Of a DNA stretch of 57,337 bases, positions 20,061-29,600 are shown one piece after another (the first letter of the stretch is position 1; each line of letters begins with the position of its first letter). Made by a program: the position numbers and the translations under genes. The stretch lies in the IMG/VR virus record IMGVR_UViG_3300042402_000779, positions 1 through 57,337 of that record, one strand, 5' to 3'. The DNA comes from a virus. Lineage: Duplodnaviria; Caudoviricetes. The notes beneath the pieces are model-generated. The model worked only from the letters and a program-made list of their open reading frames with translations, was not told the DNA's origin and searched no databases.

Positions 20061-20636
20061 ATGGGAATGGTTTTCAAAAAAATATTTCGAGAGGGTATTC
20101 AACAACGACCCTTTGAAGCTCATAAACGATATGAGGTGACTGATGTTAATTATTCGTCATCATTCGAAATATCAATATTAAGAGCCATTTCTGATGGTGG
20201 TGTTTTATTAGATGTATCAAGTTCGGTGGCCGGAGTAAACGTACCCGACCCACGAATTATTAGTGGTTCTGGTGCTGCAAGTGATGAGCTAAATCATATA
20301 CCACAGCAGATTAATTGGTATTCACTTAACTCTACATTCTTTAAAAGAAGACGTGATATTACTTTATACGAAACTGCATCAATCATGTCCATACCACAAA
20401 ATAAATTTGGGGATGGTATAAAGCCGGAATCGGTTACTGTAACGGATAATAGCCATTATCCATCATCTTCTATTTCACTATCCGATATTAAGGTTGATGA
20501 AGAATATGGAATTCTAATATCAAATGAATTAACAAGTTCGGCGTATGTTAATACTCGTGATGTTCTCGTTTATTTAGATTTCAATGGTGATTTAAATGAC
20601 AGGTCTAACTATTCAAGTGAAAATAGGATTATCTAA
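20061..20636 (+). CDS. tail structural protein (N-terminal part of an apparently split paralog of ORF 18849)
   Basis: SIPQNKFGDGIKPESV resembles AINRARLKDKLDPGNW in ORF 18849; ends in YLDFNGDLNDRS, like a LamG-domain start. Confidence 0.55.
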   Translation: MGMVFKKIFREGIQQRPFEAHKRYEVTDVNYSSSFEISILRAISDGGVLLDVSSSVAGVNVPDPRIISGSGAASDELNHIPQQINWYSLNSTFFKRRRDITLYETASIMSIPQNKFGDGIKPESVTVTDNSHYPSSSISLSDIKVDEEYGILISNELTSSAYVNTRDVLVYLDFNGDLNDRSNYSSENRII

Positions 20637-22060
20637 TGTCATATTCATTAAGAACAAACTATACAAACAACGTAACCAATTCTACATTAAGGGCGGATAC
20701 AAATCCATATGGGTCTGCTATTACAACCCGAGTAGTTACAGGAACACAAACAGGCGCATATCTATACAATGTAGCATATCTTCACCCTGACAGTGGTTAT
20801 GAGTTTACATCCGTTGGTGATATTTCTTTTGTCCTTGATGGTATGCCATATACAAATGGCTCTGGTGTTATCGGTGCTGTTTTAACAAATGGGTTAATAC
20901 TGATTCAAACAGTAAAGCTAAACCCCAACGTCATATATGGTTTAGTAATCAATGGAGCTGCTACAATAGCATCTGAACCAACTACATATAGTAGTACGAT
21001 TCCGGCTGGTGGAATAGCTTCAAATCCAAGCTTGGGTGTTGGTAATTTTTACAATTTTAACCAATACAACAATATCCAAATTAAACACAAACAAAATTTT
21101 AATATACTTAATAAAGTAGATAATTGGGCTGTTTCATTTTGGGCTAATATACCACTATCTCAATCATTGGCAGGTGTTGGAACTCAAACCATTTTACAAA
21201 AAAGAAACGTAGAAACTTATTTTGATTCGAATGGTATAGAACGAACTCAAAATAATAGTTCAGCTCAATACCCGTTTGATTTTTCACTTTATACGGAACA
21301 ACATCCAACCTTAGCGGGTCGAGTCTTTGTCAGAGCATCAGATGGTATATCTACTCTAAACATATCATCATCGACTGCTGTTAATGATGGCATGTTTCAC
21401 CACTACACTTTGAACAAAGTAGGAAATCAGTTATCACTATACATTGATGGTGTTAAACATACCAGTGGCTCATATTCGTTTGCTGAATTGGTTAGTAATG
21501 ATAGAGACATAATGATAGGTAGTGATACTTTGAGTCCCGATGGTTTGGGATTCTCTGGTTCAATAGCACAATTTAGAGTACATAGAAATGAATTATCATC
21601 AAGTGTAATATCATCATTGGCTGATAATTCTACAAGTGGTTCTGCTCTTCAACGAAAAGAAGTTGGATATGTTTTTTATAAACATGGTATGATTGTGGTA
21701 ACCGACCCGAGACCAAGGTATCAAAATATTTTTTTAGGTAATGGTGATTTTGATTATACAAACAAAGGGTTCGAATTAACTTACAAAGGTACAAAGCAAA
21801 TTGAAGAAGTATCAATTCTTTGTGAAATAAATCGTGATGAGTATAATGTATCATCAAACCCATCATTAAAATTAACATATGATGAAAATGAACCAAGACT
21901 AAAATCTATGGTAACTGGTTCCGACTTTAGACCATACATCACCCAAGTTGGATTATATAATGATTTTGGAGATTTGTTAGCAGTAGCTAAACTTGGAGCT
22001 CCATTAAAGAAACGACAAGATGTTGATGTTACAATCAATGTAAAATTTGATTTGGATTGA
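20636..22060 (+). CDS. LamG/concanavalin-like domain tail protein
   Basis: WAVSFW, FHHYT, LYIDGV, IMIG and FSGSIAQFRV (LamG-like), plus a C-terminal YITQVGLYN domain. Confidence 0.7.
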   Translation: MSYSLRTNYTNNVTNSTLRADTNPYGSAITTRVVTGTQTGAYLYNVAYLHPDSGYEFTSVGDISFVLDGMPYTNGSGVIGAVLTNGLILIQTVKLNPNVIYGLVINGAATIASEPTTYSSTIPAGGIASNPSLGVGNFYNFNQYNNIQIKHKQNFNILNKVDNWAVSFWANIPLSQSLAGVGTQTILQKRNVETYFDSNGIERTQNNSSAQYPFDFSLYTEQHPTLAGRVFVRASDGISTLNISSSTAVNDGMFHHYTLNKVGNQLSLYIDGVKHTSGSYSFAELVSNDRDIMIGSDTLSPDGLGFSGSIAQFRVHRNELSSSVISSLADNSTSGSALQRKEVGYVFYKHGMIVVTDPRPRYQNIFLGNGDFDYTNKGFELTYKGTKQIEEVSILCEINRDEYNVSSNPSLKLTYDENEPRLKSMVTGSDFRPYITQVGLYNDFGDLLAVAKLGAPLKKRQDVDVTINVKFDLD

Positions 22061-22112
22061 TTATGACACATTTTATACAAAGAACTTTCAACGCTGGTTA
22101 AAAATTATAGTT

Positions 22113-22532
22113 ATGGCAAAAGGAAATTGGAGTCATATTCAAAAGACCAAAGGACACAAATCCGGTCTTGAGGATAAGATAAACGAACAACTACGAATTG
22201 TAGGAATTGATGGACAATATGAGCAACATGAGATTCAATATATTGTCCCAGCATCAAACCACACTTACAAGCCGGATTTTAAATTACCAAATGGTATTTA
22301 CATAGAATCCAAGGGTTGGTTTTTACCTGAAGATAGAAAAAAACATTTGTTGATAAAAGAACAACATCCTGAATTGGATATTCGATTTGTATTACAATCA
22401 CCAAATGGTAAAATCTACAAGGGGTCTAAAACTACTTATGCACAATGGTGTGATAAATATGGATTCAAGTGGGCCAAGAAGGAAATCCCACAGGAGTGGT
22501 TAGATGAAAAACCAATTGAATCTTTTTTTTGA
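22113..22532 (+). CDS. T7 endonuclease I-like Holliday junction resolvase
   Basis: KSGLED, YKPDFKLPNGIYIESKG, HPELDIRFV, TTYAQWC; ATG 22113 is likelier than TTG 22047. Confidence 0.9.
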   Translation: MAKGNWSHIQKTKGHKSGLEDKINEQLRIVGIDGQYEQHEIQYIVPASNHTYKPDFKLPNGIYIESKGWFLPEDRKKHLLIKEQHPELDIRFVLQSPNGKIYKGSKTTYAQWCDKYGFKWAKKEIPQEWLDEKPIESFF

Positions 22533-22558
22533 TAATTCAAAATAATTTCGTATATTTA
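22528..22558 (+). promoter_or_regulatory. Bacteroidota-type promoter upstream of primase
   Basis: TTTG (22528-22531), 19-nt spacer, TATATTTA; shares TTTCGTATATTT with the clpP promoter. Confidence 0.6.
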
Positions 22559-22563
22559 ACCTA

Positions 22564-23496
22564 ATGGAAGATAGACTACTGGCTCTATTAGAACTCGTAT
22601 TAGGTAAATCGAAGAAAACTTCGGGTGACAATTATGCGTTCTATTCTCCGTTTGTAGACCACTACAAACCAAAGTTGGAAATTAATATACGAATTAATTC
22701 CAAGGGAGACAACCCATGGCATTGTTGGATTTCTGATGAAAAGGGTAAGACTATCAAATCCCTTTTTAAAAAGATTCGAGTATCAAAGCAAGTTTGGGAC
22801 GAGTACAATTACATATTCAGTAAGGTTAGTAGATATAGTATAACTGATAATGTTAACGACATTACTCACGTTGAATTACCACGAGAGTTTATACCCCTAT
22901 ATAAAAAACAAAATACAATACAATACAAACACGCTCTAAACTATGTACTTAATCGTGGTATAACCCCCGAACAAATTGTGAAGTACAACATAGGGTATTG
23001 TGAATCGGGAGAATATAATGAAAAGATTATTATACCATCTTATGACGAGAATGGTAAACTCAACTTCTTTGTTGGTAGGTCATTTTACGAAACCAAATTT
23101 AAACACAAGAATCCAAAGGTTTCAAAAGACATCGTTGGTTTTGATTTATTTGTCAACTGGAATATTCCATTGGTATTGTGTGAGGGTGCTTTTGATGCTA
23201 TTGCAATTCGTAGGAACGCCGTTCCGTTATTTGGTAAAACAATACCATCGAGTCTTGAAAAGAAAATCATAGACCACAAAGTAAGTAAAGTATACATATG
23301 TCTCGATTCGGATGCTCTGAAAAACGCAATTAAATTTGCTGAAAAATTCATGAACTATGGAATCGAAACTTATCTTGTGGATTTAGGTGAAGATGACCCA
23401 AACGAGATGGGTTATGAAAAAATTAACAAAGAAATTTATAATACAACTCCAATGAATCTTCAGAAACTAATGGAGTATAAATTATTTCGCGTATGA
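22564..23496 (+). CDS. DNA primase (DnaG/TOPRIM type)
   Basis: YVLNRGI, IGYC, IIIP, FVGR, LCEGAFDA, LDSDA, DPNE; the N-terminal Zn-binding region is degenerate. Confidence 0.85.
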   Translation: MEDRLLALLELVLGKSKKTSGDNYAFYSPFVDHYKPKLEINIRINSKGDNPWHCWISDEKGKTIKSLFKKIRVSKQVWDEYNYIFSKVSRYSITDNVNDITHVELPREFIPLYKKQNTIQYKHALNYVLNRGITPEQIVKYNIGYCESGEYNEKIIIPSYDENGKLNFFVGRSFYETKFKHKNPKVSKDIVGFDLFVNWNIPLVLCEGAFDAIAIRRNAVPLFGKTIPSSLEKKIIDHKVSKVYICLDSDALKNAIKFAEKFMNYGIETYLVDLGEDDPNEMGYEKINKEIYNTTPMNLQKLMEYKLFRV

Positions 23497-26400
23497 GAAA
23501 AGCAAAGAAATTAAACATTACGTCACCAATTGGTAAAATATATCATGTAGCTGATATTCATATTAGAAACTTAAAAAGACACGCTGAGTATAGTGTAGTG
23601 TTTGATAGATTGTATGAATACATAAAGTCCACCATGAACCCCAACGATATTATTGTGGTAGCTGGTGATGTGGTTCATGCCAAAACTGATATGACTCCTG
23701 AAGTTATAGAAATGACTCAAAAGTTTTTGAAGTCATTGGCTGATTTGCTACCAACAATTCTAATACCGGGAAACCACGATGCTAATCTGAACAATCCAAC
23801 TCGAATGGATGCGCTTCAGCCAATTGTGAACGCATTAGACCATTCTAATTTATTTTATTTAAGAGATACTGGCGTATGGCAGACTTTGGATGGTGAATAC
23901 ACATTTTCACACCAATCGGTATTTGATGAGGCAAAAGGATTTATACCATCTTCAGAAATAAAAGATAGTACCAAAATTGCTTTATTCCATGGGGCTGTTG
24001 ATAAAATACAAACCGAACATGGATTTGAAATCGAAAATAAAAATATTAATGCAGAATCGTTTGATGGGTATGATATTGTTTTATTAGGAGACATCCACGT
24101 TCCAAACAATGCTGTGTGTGGTAACAAACGTATTATGTATCCGGGTTCGTTGATTATGCAAAATCACAGCGAGTCTTTGTATCCGGAACATGGATTATTA
24201 GTTTGGGATGTTGAAAGTCGTACTCATGAATTTGTTACTATAGAAAACGATTTTGGATACGTCACTATTGATGTTGAAGATGGCGTAATAACAAACAAAC
24301 CAAAATTACCAACAAAATCACGAATGAGGTTAAGGGTAAAAGATACCAAACAATCTGATTTGAATGGGTTAGTTGCCGAACTTAAAAAAGAAACTAAAAT
24401 TGAAGAACTGACTATTCAGAAAATTGTAAGTCGTAATTCACAAAATGGGGGGCAACAAATAACATTACAAAATGTAAGAGATGTTGCTTTCCAAAACAAA
24501 TTGATTGAGGACTATCTGACAACCTACGACCAAATTTCAGATGACCAACTTCAGATTGTAAAGTCAATCAACAACGACATAAACGCGAAGTTGGGGTCAA
24601 ATCATACGATGAAAAATTCTATTTGGACTCCTGTTAGATTTGAGTTTTCAAATATGTTTTCATATGGTCCTAATAACGTAATTGACTTTACAAACATGAA
24701 GGGTGCTTATGGTATCTTTGCTCCAAACGCAAGTGGTAAGTCTACCCTATGGGATGCTCTTGCGTTTTGTATCTTTGATAAATGTTCTCGTACCTCAAAA
24801 GCCGAGGATGTAATGAATTACTCAAAAATGTCATTTGAGTGTAAGTTTACATTCGATGTAAATGGTGAAGAGTATGTTATTGAAAGAGCTGCAAAGAAAA
24901 GTCCAAAACGTGGTACTGTAAAGGTTGATGTTGATTTTTACAAATTAGTAAATGGTGTAAAGGAATCCTTAAATGGTGAACAACGTAGGGATACTAACTT
25001 TATCATCCGTGATTACGTTGGTACATATGATGACTTTGTACTGACTGCCATGTCAACACAATCAAACAATAGTGGATTCATTGATAAATCACAAAAGGAA
25101 CGTAAAGAACTTCTTGCTCAATTCTTGGACATGGATGTATTTGAAGATTTGTATCAAGTTGCAAGTGAAGAGATTAAAGAACTATCAGCCCTACTGAAAG
25201 ATTATAAGAATCAAGATTTGCCAGGTCAACTTGCAGATTCCCAAACTACCTTAACGTCAATCACGGGGTCATTGACCGAACTCCAAACAAAAAAAGACGA
25301 GTTAGAATCAAAACAACTTGATATACAAACTCAAATATCAGATTACATTATGACTCTAAAGCCGGTTGAGGATATAGAGGGTCTTCAATCACTCGAAACA
25401 AAGCTTGGTCAAGTTGTTGAAAAACTTGAAAAACACCAAGAAGAATGTAACTCGATTAAAATTGAGCTTGATGATGTTGAAGAGAAACGTAAGATGGTTT
25501 CTGAAAAACTTATTGAACTTGATGTTGATAAGTTAAAAGAAATGGATACTGAATGGCAGCGTTGGAATACTATCGAATCTGACATTCGTATTGACCAAGA
25601 CCGAATCGACTCGGAGATAAAACACAAACAAAAACACTTGGATGGGATTGGTTCGTTAACGTTTGATGATAATTGTGAACATTGTATTCAGAACAAGAAT
25701 ACACCATTTGCTAAACAAGCTGACACTTTACAAAAAGAAATCAGAGAGTTAGCTTTGATTGGTGTGACACGACTTGGTGAGTTAGAAACTGCTATCGAGA
25801 ACAAAGAAAAATACAATGTAAAAGACTCATTAGAAAAAGTTTCTAAATTAAAAGACATGGATGTTAAGTTGTCCAAGTTAAGTTATGAAACTTCTAAAAA
25901 CTACGATTCTTGTAATTCACTACTCATGACATATAGTCGTGAGATTGATACTTTGATTGAAACCATCGGCCGTGCTAAAATGCAGGAAAAGGCAGTTGAG
26001 TTCAATGCTCAAGTGATGATGAATGTAAATTCTCTTAAAATCACACAAACCGAAATTTCTTCTCAAATTCAAGATATCAACAATGAAATAATGTCCGTTT
26101 ATAGTGATATAAAAATTGCCGAAAAAACAATAGAAATGGTAAATCAATCCATTGGTAAACTTCAACATATGGAAGCCAAATATGATGGGTATGAATACTA
26201 TTTGAAATGTGTTAAACGTGATGGAGTTCCATATCAGTTAATTTCTGAAATCTTACCAAAACTTGAAATCGAAATCAATAACATATTACAACCAATTGTA
26301 GACTTTCAAATCTTGTTAAACACCGATGGTAAAAATATTAATTCATACATTTGTTATGGGGATGATAAAGTATGGCCTTTGGAGTTAACAAGTGGTATGG

Positions 26401-26663
26401 AAAAATTTGTTAGTTCAATTGCTATTAGAACTGCTCTGATTAACGTATCAAACTTACCACGACCAAACTTTATTGCAATTGACGAAGGATTTGGGTCACT
26501 TGACACGGACAACTTTAATTCACTCTATTTATTATTTGATTACTTAAAGACACAATTTGATTTTATTATTACAATATCTCATATTGACAAGACGAGAGAC
26601 ATGGTAGACCAAATTATAGATATCAATAAAGTGAAGGGGTTTTCATCTATTAGATATTTATAA
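23493..26663 (+). CDS. fused Mre11/SbcD-like nuclease and Rad50/SbcC-like ATPase (T4 gp47-gp46 fusion)
   Basis: ADIH, AGDVVH, PGNHD, FHG, LGDIH and YPGS, followed by Walker A APNASGKST, coiled coil with CEHC hook, TSGMEK, IAIDEGFGSLD and ISH. Confidence 0.92.
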   Translation: MRKAKKLNITSPIGKIYHVADIHIRNLKRHAEYSVVFDRLYEYIKSTMNPNDIIVVAGDVVHAKTDMTPEVIEMTQKFLKSLADLLPTILIPGNHDANLNNPTRMDALQPIVNALDHSNLFYLRDTGVWQTLDGEYTFSHQSVFDEAKGFIPSSEIKDSTKIALFHGAVDKIQTEHGFEIENKNINAESFDGYDIVLLGDIHVPNNAVCGNKRIMYPGSLIMQNHSESLYPEHGLLVWDVESRTHEFVTIENDFGYVTIDVEDGVITNKPKLPTKSRMRLRVKDTKQSDLNGLVAELKKETKIEELTIQKIVSRNSQNGGQQITLQNVRDVAFQNKLIEDYLTTYDQISDDQLQIVKSINNDINAKLGSNHTMKNSIWTPVRFEFSNMFSYGPNNVIDFTNMKGAYGIFAPNASGKSTLWDALAFCIFDKCSRTSKAEDVMNYSKMSFECKFTFDVNGEEYVIERAAKKSPKRGTVKVDVDFYKLVNGVKESLNGEQRRDTNFIIRDYVGTYDDFVLTAMSTQSNNSGFIDKSQKERKELLAQFLDMDVFEDLYQVASEEIKELSALLKDYKNQDLPGQLADSQTTLTSITGSLTELQTKKDELESKQLDIQTQISDYIMTLKPVEDIEGLQSLETKLGQVVEKLEKHQEECNSIKIELDDVEEKRKMVSEKLIELDVDKLKEMDTEWQRWNTIESDIRIDQDRIDSEIKHKQKHLDGIGSLTFDDNCEHCIQNKNTPFAKQADTLQKEIRELALIGVTRLGELETAIENKEKYNVKDSLEKVSKLKDMDVKLSKLSYETSKNYDSCNSLLMTYSREIDTLIETIGRAKMQEKAVEFNAQVMMNVNSLKITQTEISSQIQDINNEIMSVYSDIKIAEKTIEMVNQSIGKLQHMEAKYDGYEYYLKCVKRDGVPYQLISEILPKLEIEINNILQPIVDFQILLNTDGKNINSYICYGDDKVWPLELTSGMEKFVSSIAIRTALINVSNLPRPNFIAIDEGFGSLDTDNFNSLYLLFDYLKTQFDFIITISHIDKTRDMVDQIIDINKVKGFSSIRYL
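26655..26661 (+). promoter_or_regulatory. candidate late promoter TATTTAT
   Basis: Overlaps the end of the Mre11-Rad50 gene, 20 nt before ATG 26682. Confidence 0.55.
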
Positions 26664-26681
26664 GAAAGTTGGAGTTAATTA

Positions 26682-29600
26682 ATGGCTTTAGAACTCAAAG
26701 TAAAGAGTAAAGAGAACCTAAAAGATATAGACGTATACATCGAAGATACTTCCGTAGATTCGGCTGAATACTTTGCAATCGTGGATTTCCCCACCTATTT
26801 GGGTGAGGGAAAATCTTCTATTAAAGTTCGTGGTAACTCCAAGAATCTTGAAGACAATACTGAAATTGACATCGAGGTATTGGACCAATCGGGTCGACCT
26901 GTCTATTGGGAAATTTCTGATATCAAGGATGAAGATGAAACTCGATTGATATCAATTTGGGTTTATGCAAATAGAAACGACAAATATGATACGGCTCCTG
27001 GAGTTGGTGAAGTTATTTTTGTAGGAACTGCTGCAAATGTACCATCAAATTGGAATGGTCGTTCTAATATCAGATGGTCTCGTAAAGTCCCAATCAGAGT
27101 GGACTTACCATCCACATCAAGAATTGTATTTGATAGGACTTCATTACCAAAATGTACAATATCAGCATCAGTTGAAACTTTTGTAAATATACCATCAACG
27201 AGTGGTAGTTTAAATGCTGTAACAGCATCATCGCTTGTATACTACAAAAAATCAAATTGGGGTGACCAAATCTCAATAGAACGTGTTAGTGGTACGTCTT
27301 TCAATGGTGAAATGAAAAGCGGTTCAATCTATTTAGATTTTGGTACGACTACATTATTTCCGAGACTAACTGGCCAATCGCAACCAACTCGATTCACATC
27401 AAGTATTACTGATGTTTACTCTACGAACGTATTACGGATTCAATCACCAATAACTCAAAGTGATAATAGAAGTTCTAAATCAGTTCATACATACGACTAT
27501 TCAGATGGTGTGGTTTCTGCTAGTATTTCTTATTATTCAACCGCATCATATGTAGCAACTCAAAACCAAGTTTCCTTTGCTAATATCACATTAACAAATC
27601 TTGAACCATCGGTTGGTAGTGTTTATTCAATAAACACATTAATAAAATCAAAAGGGCTGTCTGGTGATTTCCAAATCATTGGAAGCACCAGAGTTCCATT
27701 AACAGGTAGTCAGTATTTTAGAGTTCCAATTCCAACCGAACATCTAAACGACCCAAAGACTGTTAAACTACAATTTTTAAATGTCAATGGTGATATATCA
27801 GATTATTCATTAATAGTAGATAATATTGTATTTCCTGGCGGTAACGTTTATATCGCAGGTAACCAATCTATAATCACAGGTTCATTTTATATTGGAAACA
27901 CAATTGGAAGTGGTATAGAACTTGCTGGAGTATCGAGTGGATTTTTACGTTCGGTTGGATATGAAGGACAAACATCAGCGTCACTTGGAATTGGACCTGG
28001 TGGGTTTATAATCTATAGTGGTAGTGGTGCTCTACAAGTTGGTGCTGATACACTTCAAGGTGTTGGTATGCAGTTGGTGGGGCCAAATGATAACGCTCAC
28101 TTAATATTCTCGACTGAAGATGGTGGTAGTCTTGATATTAAAGCTGAAAAATTCTTCATTGGTACAACCGGGTCACAATTCATAAGTGGGTCTGAAGGTA
28201 ATATTGAAATTAGTTCATCGTTATTTCACCTTGACCCTCAAAACAATTTATTGATAATTGGGGCTGATGCTGTAATCAACGCAAATTTATCGGTCAACCA
28301 ATTATTTACACCCGCCACAATTGGTGGTGCTCCATCGAATATAAACAACGCATCATCTTCAATAACTTCACAAGGTTTTGCCAAATTTGTATCAGCAAGT
28401 ATTGGTGGTTGGAGTGTAAACACTGGAAGTATTTTTAGTACAAACCTTGATATCAATTCAAGTGGTAAAATTCAAACACGAGATTTCGCAAGTGGAGTTA
28501 AGGGTTGGAAGATTGGTCAAGATGGTAAAGCCGAATTTGAAAACATATCAGTCAGAGGTACATTAAAAACAACAACCTTTGAGAAAGAATCAGTAAACGC
28601 TGTTGGTGGTCAATTATACATTGCTAACTCAACAACATTAAGTGGTTCGGCTGTAGTTACGGCTACAACCATATCATCATCGATAATTACTTCATCTACA
28701 AGTTTACCAAGTGGATTTGGTAACGAAATTGGTAAAGACTATGTTAACTATAGTGGTACTGATTATCTATTAGTATCAAAAACAGATTCAACTCATTTTA
28801 CAATTGGTACTCCAATATATGCTAATGCTGCTTTAGCTACCTTATATTACTCACAAAGTAATACAAATACAAGTATAACAGTAACTGCGTCTCGTCAAAT
28901 ACAGACATTGGTAAATACATATCTTCAAGCACAAACGGATTTAAAAAACGATTACTATGGTAATGAATCCGATTTTGAAGTAAATAACTATACAGCACAA
29001 TTACCATCATCAAACATACCCACGTCTTCGTTTGTCGGTAATTTGTTGGACTTGATTACGTCACCACCATCACCCATATTTCTCGATGGTGGTAGTCCGA
29101 GTGAAAATGCTCGTGGTAATATAACAACTATATCGGCCGGTGTTATTACGATAGCGTTTGACGCAGGATACACGTTTGACCCAAATGCTGCTCCAATAAG
29201 TACCGGTACAAAAATCGCTATATCGTATACGTCAGCTTCGTACTCTTCATCAATAACCTCATCAAATATAGTATCTACGTTGGGTGGGTCATTTCCTGTG
29301 TCAATAGCTGAGAAGGGTAGAATTACATTTGATGCTGGTGGCACTACACGAACATATCCTATTCTTGAAAGAATAAATGCTGCAAACATAAAAATTGATA
29401 CATCTTCAATTCAAGCACCATTACAAACAACTTACACTTCAAGTGTAATTATTTATTCAAGTTCTACAAATACATCTGCGACTATAACAGCCGGAAGCCA
29501 GAGTAATATTGATACGCTTTATACAACCATATCACCCTCGGCAAGTATTTTTGTTGTAGACAACGTTACGGGATTTGTTAATGGTGAAATTCTTGTTCTT

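Noticed and set aside
20620-20640. Programmed frameshift joining ORFs 20061 and 20636
   Set aside because: No slippery heptamer is visible; the TAATG overlap with an upstream AGGA indicates translational coupling.
28587-28599. GAATCAGTAAACG match to the ESVNE repeat inside the tail fibre gene
   Set aside because: It encodes ESVNA without the terminal Glu and is not at an evident module boundary; treated as coincidental.
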